Source: Octopus bimaculoides (taxonomy: Eukaryota). Taken from it: a DNA stretch of 42,014 nucleotides. The stretch spans positions 95,568,695 to 95,610,708 of the forward strand of contig NC_068986.1 of NCBI RefSeq assembly GCF_001194135.2, in the 5' to 3' direction. The first letter of the stretch is position 1. Every line of letters begins with the position of its first letter. The translations under genes were made by a program, and so were the position numbers. The notes beneath the pieces are model-generated. The model ran no database searches, had not been told where the DNA came from, and saw nothing but the letters and a program-made list of their open reading frames with translations. Shown in pieces: positions 23,452 to 34,300 of this stretch.

Positions 23452-24057
23452 TAAGATGGCAAGCTGGCAGAATGATTAGCATGCCAAGCAAAATGCAAAG
23501 CAGCATTTCGTCCTTTACATTCTGAGTTCAAATTCCATCGAGGTTAACTGTGCCTTTTGTCATTTTGGGATCAATAAAATAAGTACCAGTTGAATGCTGG
23601 GGTCGATGAAATCAACTTTACCCCTCCCAAAAAAAATTGCTGGCCTTGCGCTAAAATTAGTATACCAGGGACAATGCCTAGTAGCATATTCACCTGTCTT
23701 TACATTCTGGGTTCAAATTCCACCAGGGTTGGCTTCACTTTTCATCCTTTCAGGGTTGATAAAATAAGTACCAGTTGAGCACTAGGATGGATGTAATCAA
23801 CTTACCCCTCTACTAAATTGCTGGCCTTGTACCAAAATTTGAAACCAATATTATTAAGACAGCGAGATGGCAGAATACTTAGAGAAAATGCTTTGTCGTA
23901 TTTGCTCCCATTCTTTACATTCTGTGTTCAAATTCTGTTGAGGTCACCTTTATCTTTCAGGGTTGATAAAATCAAGTCCAGTCATGTACTGGAGTTGATG
24001 GTATTCACTAAACCACTTTCTTCAAAATTGCTGGCCTTAGAAGCCATTTTTATTATT
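23452..24057 (+). mobile_element. Three head-to-tail SINE family 'D' units
   Basis: Units at about 23452, 23661 and 23859, each ending aaattgctggcctt. Confidence 0.75.
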
Positions 24058-24059
24058 GA

Positions 24060-24490
24060 GTGAGAGAGCAGTGCATGCCATCAAAGTGACACTGGGGTAA
24101 AATATACGAAGCCCATTATACCCATCATGACTACCCGTCTGATAAAGGTACATTAAGCACATGCATCACAACCATATGTGCGTAACATGGTAATCCCATA
24201 TCAAGATAAGCAGTGCATGACCTTGCAGGTCGGGCCCAGATAGAATTTTTGTCAGGTCAAGTAGCCCGTCCCGCTTAAAAGGTCCCTGAATAAGGGTTGT
24301 TTAAGGATGTTGAACGAAACACCCATGTTTCCAAAGGTGAATTATCCAAACCCCAAAGAATTCCTTTCAACACATGGCTATCATGCTCCCCCACTACTCT
24401 GCTCGTGATCAGAGATGCACATATCGTCAGCCAATAAGGGATGTGCTTTTCTGTTTCAGGTAATACCCAACATGGCCTAGAGTGGAGAGC
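24060..24490. repeat. Probable interspersed repeat of unknown class
   Basis: GC-richer block in an intron with no exon signal. It resembles a recurrent cephalopod repeat from memory; there is no second copy in the window. Confidence 0.35.
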
Positions 24491-24879
24491 ATCGTTTTTT
24501 TCTTGTATCTTCATGTGTTCTTTTTTTATTAACCTTTGAAATCAGGGCAACCTTTCTGCCGCACTCTGTATTTTGAATTATTTTGCAACATCCCTTTTAT
24601 ATTTCATATTCTAATCCCACCAAGAACAACTGTGCATTTTTTTTTTCTGTGGGTTTAATAAAATAAAATTTACTAGGAACCAACAGAACCAAGAAAACAC
24701 AATATGGTATGAAATATATTTAGCTGCCTTATGATGTTACTTTGAAACAAAACTGTAAAAAAAGTAATTCTGAACCTTCAAATAGGTTTGTCTGGTACCT
24801 ATATAAACACAATCATTATTCTTTCCGCATGCACTGTTTAATATATGATTAATGTGACCAAGTTCTTGCTATTTCACAG

Positions 24880-25063
24880 GTCTAAATACAATTGCCGGTT
24901 TTTTGTACTGCCATGCTGTCTGTACAATTTTGATAGCAAATACAATGAGAAGACTACAGGCTTGACCAGTTATCGAACATACTTGAATTATGTCAAAAAA
25001 ATTATTACAGTGTGTGGCTTTCAAGTTGAAGAAGATGTACTCCGAATACCATCAACCAAGCAA
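24880..25063 (+). CDS. TRMT44: TRMT44 exon 8
   Basis: tttcacag|(R)SKYNCRFFVLPCC...GFQVEEDVLRIPSTKQ|gtatgc; diagnostic LPCC and LRIPSTK. Confidence 0.98.
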
Positions 25064-25257
25064 GTATGCCATGTTACAAATTTTTAAATAATACTTCTCC
25101 TTATTAGTGTCTTATATATTGATAATTTTGGGATTTGACATATATATATATATACAAAGTAAGAGAATGGAGATGTAGCATTTAATAAAAATTTATTATC
25201 TGCAAAAATCAAACATAGTCTCTTACAGCTGTTTCAATTAAGCCTAAAAAGATTACA

Positions 25258-25421
25258 TAGCAATTATTAAAATCATTATATTAGGCAAAATCTCTTCAGA
25301 GGGGTAGGAAAAAGATATACTATTAAGTTTTTTTTAAATACAACACATAAAAACCTAACAGTATATCTTTTTCCAACCCCTCTGAAGAGATTTTGCCTCA
25401 TAATGATTTTAATAATTACTA
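25258..25421. repeat. Fold-back inverted repeat (about 70-bp arms), MITE-like
   Basis: aattattaaaatcattat..aggcaaaatctcttcagagggg... pairs with ...cccctctgaagagattttgcct..ataatgattttaataatt. Confidence 0.9.
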
Positions 25422-25522
25422 AACAAAGAGTGTGTGCATAGAAATATGTGTATGTGAATGCAAGAGATACAGAGCATAGAAAACATTCTATAATAAGGAC
25501 GTTAAAAGTCCAGACACAAGGA

Positions 25523-26147
25523 TGTGAAATACCAGTTCGTAGCTAAGGTACACAGTAGGTTGAAGAGCTGTACAAGAAGCCGTGGCTGAATAGCAGAGCC
25601 TGGAGAAAAGATACTGTTGCCCGAGAAGTAAAGGCTACGATGCTGTGACCAGTTACTTGGTACAGAGGGTCTTGCTGTTATTCGTGGTGAAACAATTCAC
25701 ACAAACAGTGTTGAGAGAAAGTTATGTTAGCGTTACTGGTTTGGTGTGTACGTTGAGACGTCAGTGTAGACGCTGGCGACGAAGAAGCTTGTAGTAAACA
25801 GTTAGTTGAACGGTGGTGTTGGTTCTCCAGTGAAGCGAAGACATGTCATCGCTGGAACTGGCTGGTGCTCTGTGATCAGCAACTAGACCTCAGAAGGTCT
25901 AAAGCTGAAGACAAACTTAGCGCAGACGAAGCTACCTATTTAAGAGAAAAAAATCGGCTCAAGCAGGGGTTCAGAAAACCATTCCACATGACCTTATCAG
26001 AAGGCTACGATTGGTTGGTATGCACCCTGGCGCGAAATAGAACTAGAGACAAAAGTGCGCCAATACCAACCAATCAGAGTGGTGGACACAACAGGGTCCA
26101 AAGATGCAGCCGAAAGCTAGATGTTATCTGCTACGTCCGCATTCACA
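25523..26147 (-). mobile_element. Possible solo LTR
   Basis: 625 bp with TGTGAA...TTCACA ends, raised GC, paired CCAAT motifs and a TATA-like ttaaata on minus. No TSD found. Confidence 0.35.
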
Positions 26148-26472
26148 TATATATAACTGAGAGAGAAGCTTCGCTACATATATAAAAATACATTCACCTA
26201 CATAACAAATATTATAACACGCAGTGCTATATCTGTCATATATTGTTAGTTGTAACAGGTTGTATAAAGTAAGCTATCTTTCTGCTTTTATACTTTTTAA
26301 AGTTTTTGATTAATTTTAGACCAAATATTTGTTCTTGTTTCAGAGTTACATTTGTTTTCAAATTTTATTGCAATCATACTATGGCTGTAGAGTATTTTTC
26401 AAAGATTTTACTTGTTTCTTGTTTTGTTTCAGGCTTGTCGTTTTTAATCCCTCTGTCCCTTTTCATTAATAG

Positions 26473-26815
26473 ATTTGCTTGTATGGGAAAACACGAACAT
26501 ATTCTCAATCAGAAGAATCAGAAGTTGATAAAAGAATAACAGAATTTATAGAAAATCAATGTTCAAAGAACAAATTATTACATAACAAAAGTGAAGATTC
26601 CAATCCAATGCCTGCAGATTTGATGAATATGAAAGATGCTAATACTTGGTCTGACAACTTTAAGCCTAGACTGACTCAAAAAACATCTGGGATGTGCAAG
26701 TCAGTTCCCTGGAACATTAAAATTGATGTTGTTAATGTGGTTGTAGAAAAGATTTTAGCAGCTGATGACAGCAAGTTTATCAATCTTCCAGATGGAAGAG
26801 TGTGGCACAAGGGAG
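26473..26815 (+). CDS. TRMT44: TRMT44 exon 9
   Basis: taatag|ICLYGKTRTY...WSDNFKPR...DGRVWHKG(G)|gtaatg (phase 0 to 1). Confidence 0.93.
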
Positions 26816-28048
26816 GTAATGTTTTGTTTGTTGTTTGTTTTTGTTGTTTTTTTCTTACTGATCAGTTGATTAGTAACTAACAGATTCACTCATCAAGACA
26901 CCACAGCAAATGTCTCACAAAAGAAAATCATTATGTATTCTTCTTCCACTATTCCAATAGCTTCTGCTTCTCTGAACAAGTAAACAATATACAACCACTA
27001 CCCAGGCCAGTTTAATGTGCGGCCCTTTCACTTCTCACCATCCCTTCTGTATCGCACTTTGAAATGCTGTACTAAACACTTTACTCAATCATTATTCCTT
27101 TTCAACTGATACTCTCTCAAACGTCTTCTCTCCCATGTTTTCTTACAGACACCAACCTGTCCCTCCTTCTCTGATTAACTTTTTGAAGGGAGTTCACAAG
27201 CAACTGCCAGATGACAATAAGAATAAGGTAGTGAGGGTGATAGAAGTCAAACTTGGCCTTGTATATATGTGCAGATGCATAATCAAGGCTTTTTGGGGAC
27301 AGACAGTTGCCCATGCATGCCTCTCTGCATCATTGATGTTTATCCAAAGGAAAGGCTGCCAACTTGAGTTGATAGTATGTTAGTCAAATATTAAGGGGAG
27401 ATCCACATTCATTACAAGCTCCAACCAACAGAAGTTTAAGCTGGACATTAGCTGCATAACCAAGGTTGGCCTAGGTTAAACAATAACAATCATGAGCCAA
27501 TCTTATTCTTCTTTTGTCCAATTTATTTCTCAACACGTTTGTATTTTGTCCTTCATATATACTGACGTTGGATATCATATCTTTTCACAAGTTCTCTGTT
27601 TTCACATCCCATGTCTCACTACCATGTAACATTTTAGTTTATGTACAAGCATCATACAATCTTCCTTTGACTCTGAAAGAGAGAGACACCTTTTGTTACC
27701 AACACAGGTAATAGCCCTGTGAACTTTCTCCAATTTGTCTTACTCTAGCAGCTATACTTTCAGATCATCTTCTTTCACTCTTTATTAGGTCACCTAGATA
27801 GCTGAAATTGTCTACTACCTTTAGGGATGTTCATGGGCATTTGAGAAAATCTGTTTCCTGTGTGCTCTTAATGTTTATTATTCCTGCATATCTGCCACAT
27901 ACAAAGTCTACTTTAACCTGCCTATGATACCACAGTCTTGTGTGTTCAAAGTCTGTGTTCTCAACTTTTGACACCTATTTTTAAATGCACCACCCCTAGA
28001 TATATATTTCATAATCAATTACTAACCTTATACCATTTTTACCATCAG

Positions 28049-28165
28049 GGGAAATACCACTTCCAAAGATTGCTCAACTTCTAAATCAAGACACTCTGAA
28101 CTATCTGAAGACAGAAAATGGCGGTCTGCAGACACTTCTGCGCAACTTCAGCCATATTTTCTATG
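28049..28165 (+). CDS. TRMT44: TRMT44 exon 10
   Basis: catcag|GEIPLPKIAQLLNQDTLNYLKTENGGLQTLLRNFSHIFY|gtaagt; conserved GGLQTLLRN. Confidence 0.96.
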
Positions 28166-28199
28166 GTAAGTAGGTTAAAAATTTCCATTAATCTCTCAG

Positions 28200-28375
28200 T
28201 GCCACATAAAAACACCCAGTATTCTCTGTAAAGTGTTTGGAATTAGGAAGAGCATCCAGCCATAGAAGCCATGCCAAAACAGGCATGAGCCTGGACAGTT
28301 CTCCAGCTGACCAGCTCGTCAAACCATCCAACCCATAGCAGCATGGAAAACAGGCATTAAATGGTGATGATGATT
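28200..28375 (+). mobile_element. Family 'A' tail, diverged (similar copy at about 31850-32045)
   Basis: ttaggaagagcatccagc...ccatccaacccatagcagcatggaaa...gatgatga. Confidence 0.65.
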
Positions 28376-28439
28376 AACCCTTTCATGGCAATATCTTGTA
28401 ATTGAATGCACTAAGAGATATTTTAAATTTAGTAAAATA

Positions 28440-28990
28440 TAGGTTCAGGTATGGTTGTGTGAACAAGATGCTCACTTTGCCAACATGTAGCTTTTGGTTT
28501 AGTTCCACTACATGGCACCACAATCAACTTCTACTGTAGTCCCAAGCCAACCAATGCCTTGTGGGTGGATTTGGTTGACAGAAACTGTGATGAAGCCCAT
28601 GTGTGTTGTGCTTGTTCTCAACCACCATTTGACAACTAGTGTTGGTTTTTTTTAATCTTCTCTCCAAAACTTAGCCGTTCACCAAATGAGACCAATAGAA
28701 GAAATACTAGACTTTAAAAAAAATATATACTAAGATCAATTTGTTGGACTAAACCCTTCAAGGCAATGCCCCTGCATGGCCACAGTCTAATGACTGAAAC
28801 AAAAGATAACCAACAGGCATGGCTGTGTGGTTAAGAAGTCGGATTCACTAAACCATGGTTCTGGGTTCTATCTTACTGCATAGCACCTTAAGCAAGTATT
28901 TTCTACAATGGCCTCAGGCTAATGAATGCCTTGAGCAAAATTTGGTACACAGAAACTGTATGAAAATCCATCAGATATGTTTGCATATGT
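28440..28990 (+). mobile_element. SINE family 'B' copy plus adjacent 5' partial copy
   Basis: B head and tail motifs at about 28440-28810 and 28815-28990. Confidence 0.7.
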
Positions 28991-29880
28991 GTGTGCATCT
29001 TGTCCCATTTCATTATGTGAGTAGAAACAATGACAGTATTTACGTCTCTCATACACAACATGTCCCAATGGCTCAGTAGTTCCATCATGCACAAAGACCA
29101 GTTGGATAATAAATACTGTACTTGAAAGACAAGAGTTGGCAGCAGGAAGGTGATCCAGCTGTAGAATATTGCATCAATAATTCTTGTCCAGCTCTCTGCC
29201 TGCATAAGGATGGCAGACATAAAAATGAGGTTGGTTACAATGTCATTACACAAGTAACTTAACAAAAATTCGTTAAACTTCTGACAAATTTTTATTTGAC
29301 TATGAACAGTTTCAAAAATGGACATTTTTCTTATTAAAGAATCAAACAATTTGGAATCAAAGGTAAACTTCAATTTTTAACATTTATTGATCTTTTAACC
29401 CTTAATGACAGTTATTTAACTAAATTTTTCATAATTTTTAAAATGGATTAATACAAAAGGTGAGTTTTTCAATATAAAGATGGTAACAAAATTGGCTAAT
29501 ATGCTAGATACATTACTCAATGCTAATTACTCAAGGTGATATAGAGTTTAGTTTAAACATCCAAACATTAAACTCTCAAATAACAAGCAGTGGTAGCGCT
29601 GTTGAATTGGTGAGTGTTCTAGTAGCTTGAGTCCTGGAGTTTCAGTTCTCTTGTTGGAGAATAGCATCCACCAAACACAACCTACCCACCTCATATATAT
29701 CTGATGAGCTTCCTACAGGTTTCTTTCTACTGTTTCTAGTCATAAGACATACACAGCTCAAGGTTGTAACAGTAGTTACATGCACAGGAAACAAACCTGA
29801 AATCATGGATTTTATTTTATTTTGATATACACAGAAAAATATTTATATTTTAATATTGTACTGTTTTCCTCTTTGTCCAG

Positions 29881-30083
29881 TGGTTTCTAGTACAGTACGG
29901 CTGAGGGATTACACACAACCATGGCAACAGAGGAGGAAAGTGAAGCAGAAAAACACTGCCAGATCTTACAAGACTTCACTCTGCTGGTTTCATCAAAACC
30001 ATCCAGATGGTTGCCCTGTCAGCAGAGAAGAGTGTAACTTTGCACATGGAGAAGAAGAACTGAGAGAAAAGACACATCACTGA
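29881..30083 (+). CDS. TRMT44: TRMT44 exon 11 (terminal, CCCH zinc finger)
   Basis: tgtccag|...KTSLCWFHQNHPDGCPVSREECNFAHG...* giving C-x9-C-x6-C-x3-H at 29982-30047; stop TGA at 30081-30083. Confidence 0.96.
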
Positions 30084-30197
30084 GATATTGAGAAGAGGAA
30101 ATTCAGAGAAAGAACATTTTCCCATCTTACTGTGTGTGAGTGTGTGTGAGTGTGTGTGAGTGTGTGTGAGAGAGAGTGAGTGTTTTAAATTAATTTA

Positions 30198-30203
30198 AAT
30201 AAA
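30198..30203 (+). terminator. Candidate TRMT44 polyadenylation signal AATAAA
   Basis: First AATAAA I found after the stop (about 115 nt), followed by T-rich sequence. Confidence 0.5.
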
Positions 30204-30354
30204 TTTTTGATTTTTCTACATTTTCTTTCATTCATTCTTATAAATAATCAGATCTTGCTGATAGGGAGTCAAATTATCAACTGAAATATTAAGGATTCAT
30301 ATTGTCAATGTATGAGCAAGGCATAATTGATGGGGGCTATATCTAGAAGGATAC

Positions 30355-30640
30355 TTAATCGTCGTTTAACGTCTGCTTTCCATACTAGCATGGGTTGAAC
30401 GATTTGACTGAGGACTGGTGAACTAGATGGCTACACCTGGCTCCAATCTGATTTAGCAGAGTTTCTACACCTGAATGCCCTTCCTAACACCAACCACTCC
30501 GAGAGTGTAGTGGGTGCTTTTACATGCCACCAGCACGAAGACCAGTCAGGCGGTACTGGCAACGGCCACGCTCGAAATGGTGTATTTTACGTGCTTCCTG
30601 CACAGGAGCCAGTCCATTGGCACTGGCAACGATCAGGCAC
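30355..30640 (-). mobile_element. Family 'A' RTE-type tail
   Basis: cgtttaacgtctgctttccatactagcatggg... Confidence 0.8.
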
Positions 30641-32049
30641 TAGAGGTGTAGCCAGGCTCAAGAAAAATGCACTGTGACACATACCAAACAATTTTTAACT
30701 CATTTCTCTTATATTATGCAAAAATTTCATTAATTATAATATACATAATTGTATTCTACATTCATTAATATCTTGTCTTAGCAATGATGTCATTATGTAT
30801 GCAAATTATAGCTACTGATATAGGTAACTAAAGAGTTTTAAAAAATTGTTGAAAAGGCACCAATTTTGAAAAATATGCTTGTAGAGAGTGATCACTCCCC
30901 TTGCTCCCCCTATTAGCTACATCACTGATAAAAACTGGCTCAGGCTGTGACAACTTGATAAATCCTTCGCAGCATGGAAAGCAGTCGTTAAAATGATAAA
31001 TTTTTTGAAGCAAATTCCATCTGACCAATGTAAACATAGAAAAGTAGATGTTAAATGGTGATGAGGAGGAGGACCCCCCCCCCCACAAAAAAAAAAATCA
31101 AATAAAATAATTACCAAACTATTTCATATCTGAGACAAAACCAAACATTTTCAGAGACAGTAGAGGAAGCAAATATAGTTGATTGAATCTCTTTATCCCA
31201 ACTTTTGAATGCCAACTTTGGCTGGATTTGAGATCAGTATTTGACGTAACCACCATTTTCCATCACTCATCTGTCACTAAATTATCTAACCAACAAGAGC
31301 AAACCTCTATTTGGACTTTCATCCTGTTAGAAATAGCAGTCAAACTTCCCTTGAATCACACCCTACTGTTGGTAAAGAGGTCCTGCACATAAGATAAAAA
31401 AAGCAGGATGGCCGCAGTTGGAATGACTGATCTGGGATTCAAAATAATCAGAATATATATTTATGACATAAGCACAAGTCAACACATTTTGAAAACTGGC
31501 ATAGTTGATCAAATTTACTCAAGTCCATTACTGGCATTTAGTTTACCAACCCCGTCCCCTCAAGAAAGAAAAATGTTGAGTCAAATTCAGTGGAATTTAA
31601 ACTCAAAAATGATGGGGATGCAACTAAATAACCCAAGGTGCTTATGTAATGCTCTTCAAATTCTACTACATAGTGCCTCTTGCCATCATCCAAATATTGA
31701 TTTCTTACATAGATGCTTATACTTTGATCACTTTCTCTCCCCCTTTTCCTGATTGGGAATCTATTGTATTCACTTCAACAAGACACCGGCTTCTTTCCTT
31801 CTCATATTTTCCCATCCCTCAATACTATACCCCACTCAGTTGAAGGGTCTTGTCAGTACTTGGTGACTCACCAGTGCTGGTGCTACAAAAGAAAAGGTAC
31901 CTAGTATACTCTGTAAAGTGCTTGGTGTTAGGAAGAGCACCCAGTTGTAGAAATCATGCCAAAGCACACATTGGAGCTCCGTGCAGCCCTCTGGCTCATC
32001 AAATCATCCAATCCATGCCAGCATGGTAAAACAGACATTGAATGATAAG

Positions 32050-32240
32050 GATGTAAGGCCTCAAATTTTGAGGACAATATAGTCAAGTTTAGCAACCCCT
32101 GTATTTCAATAGTACTTCATTTTATCAACTCCAGGAGGATGAAAGGCAAAGTTGACTTCAGCAGGATTTGAACTCAGAACATGTATTACTGTAACTAAAT
32201 AAAAGGAATTTTGTCCCGTGTTCTAACAGTTCTGCCAACC
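32050..32240 (-). mobile_element. SINE family 'D' (another minus copy at about 32590-32800)
   Basis: Reverse complement of the D core: gatgaaaggcaaagttgac...ggatttgaactcagaac. Confidence 0.7.
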
Positions 32241-33275
32241 TACTATCCAGCTAGCATATCAAAATATAAAAAATATCTACATTTGTTTTAAACATTATAA
32301 AGAGAGGGGGGAAAAAAGTTATACACAAAATGAGGCTATGCACAAAATGAAAATTCTTTTCAAAATTTATTAAAATGGTGTAAGAATGAAGTAGTTGGCC
32401 AGTGGTTAAAAATGGAACCAAGTTTGGTAAATCATATTGACTCCAGTACATAGTTGGTATGTATTTATTAACTTTCAAAAGAACCAAATGAAATGACAAC
32501 TAAGGCAAAACTACTCTTTGAAATGCTAGTAGCCTTGGCATATATGCATGTAGGTAGGCATGTAGATAGATATAATCGTTTCTGATTTAGGAACAAGGCC
32601 AGTAGTTATGAGGGGAGAGAGTGAGTGAATACATCATCAATACCAGCACTTGACTGGTGGTCAATCTTATTGACCCTAAAGGGATGAAAGTCAAAGTTGA
32701 CCTCTATGGGATTTCACTTTAGAAGTCAGAAGATGATAAGTCAGAAGAAATACAGAAAGTTATTTTTTCTAATACTCTAACAATTCTATCAACTCACTGC
32801 CCTGTAGTATTATATATGATAAACTGTAATATAGGGCACCAAATATGTAGAGGCTTCCTTAAATCCCGACTGCTAAATGATGGCTATTACAAGGAATGGA
32901 GGGGAGAAAACCACCAGAAATGCTGTCGTCCACTCAACACTCATCTAAAACGTTAATGAAGCTGTACATTAAATGTATATATTAAATCTCTTTAAACCAC
33001 AATCTGTGTGTTTAAATATAAAAACAAAAAAAAATCATTTAACATTTTTACAAACATTAAAAATTGAAACTTGGTATTGTCCAAGGCATTCAAATTGCCT
33101 GAATCTTCAAATCATAGATGTTCGTTCCACTGAGGCAGTTCTGTAAGAAAAAATTTTTAAATATGGAATTATAAATAATGTCATATTATACCATCACTTC
33201 ATCAACATCTGTAATAATAGAAAAATGAGCCAATGCTTAGTTGGAGGGTCGAGGGGAGGCAAGACAGCATAGTTG

Positions 33276-33502
33276 GGTAATCTTCAAGTTTAGGGGGGTA
33301 AAAAAAGTAAATAAAAATATTCAAGGGAAATAACTGAACGACTTACCAGTATTATCCGTTTTCTTCTAGCTATTTATAAATAAATCACACCCTAACCCTA
33401 ACGTCAATCAAATCACGTGTGTGATTTATTTATAAACAGTTCAGTTACTTCCCTTGAATATTTTTATATATTTTTTTTATCCCCCTAAACTTGAAGATTA
33501 CC
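33276..33502. mobile_element. Mutator-like MITE (227 bp) with 9-bp TSD
   Basis: TIRs of about 63 bp (ggtaatcttcaagtttaggggg...) with 4 mismatches; perfect 9-bp TSD gcatagttg at 33267-33275 and 33503-33511. Confidence 0.92.
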
Positions 33503-33787
33503 GCATAGTTGATATAGGGGTGTGCAAAGTGACACAGCTAATATTGATGAAGGTGTGTAGTAGCAATAGGAATAAAATGTAAAATTGAAAAGGGTGTCAA
33601 GCTGTCTGTGGAAGAAAGAAAACAGGAAAAGAAAAGAGAGTGTAAAAAACGAAAGATGCGCCTAAGCAGAAGATATACAAGACACAAAAAGTCGTCTAGC
33701 CTTATAGAGGTACTCAGAATAATGAACTAGTTAATGCATTCATTGGACACAAAATAAAGGATCAGTATTAACAATTCTTAAAATACA

Positions 33788-33824
<37 letters not shown>

Positions 33825-33838
33825 CTCATTGTTGGTCC

Positions 33839-34226
33839 ATGAATGTTTGGAAGGTTATACTTCCCAAAATGTAAGACCTTCCACGGTGATGTTTCTTACT
33901 CCATCCTTAGTTTTTATATAAATTTCTTTATACATCTACCCACATTTTGTAATACTAGTTGAATCAAAGTTCAACTAGGATTACACAACAGAAGTTTACC
34001 TGCCTCTCGTGCCAACGAAGGAGCCTTTACACGGTTGCTCAACCTATAGGAAATAACAGCCAGATCACATCAAATTATCTTAAAACAGGACATATTAGGT
34101 AATTAAAGTAGTCCAAGATACAGTCTCTGAAAAAAATTAAAATACAAGATGGCTACGATAGAAACACTTTTGACCAGAATGTTAATCATAGATGAGACAA
34201 GATTAACAAGCATTATCTACGTTTAG
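33839..34226 (+). repeat. Local duplication, copy 1 (Kir-A 3' flank)
   Basis: Direct repeat of 40618-41000; about 19 substitutions and 2 indels by eye. Confidence 0.95.
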
Positions 34227-34300
34227 TTTAAGTTAGTCACCGCCTTCGAGTAAAAAGGAAACTTGTTTACTCACTTGGTTATTACAAATCAACGAGATCC

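Noticed and set aside
23452-24057. CRISPR-like regular array
   Set aside because: The context is eukaryotic and the units are about 200-bp diverged SINEs with no repeat-spacer structure.
30643-30928. Degenerate TIR pair tagaggtgtagcca / tagctacatcactg
   Set aside because: Only about 10 of 14 positions match and there is no TSD.
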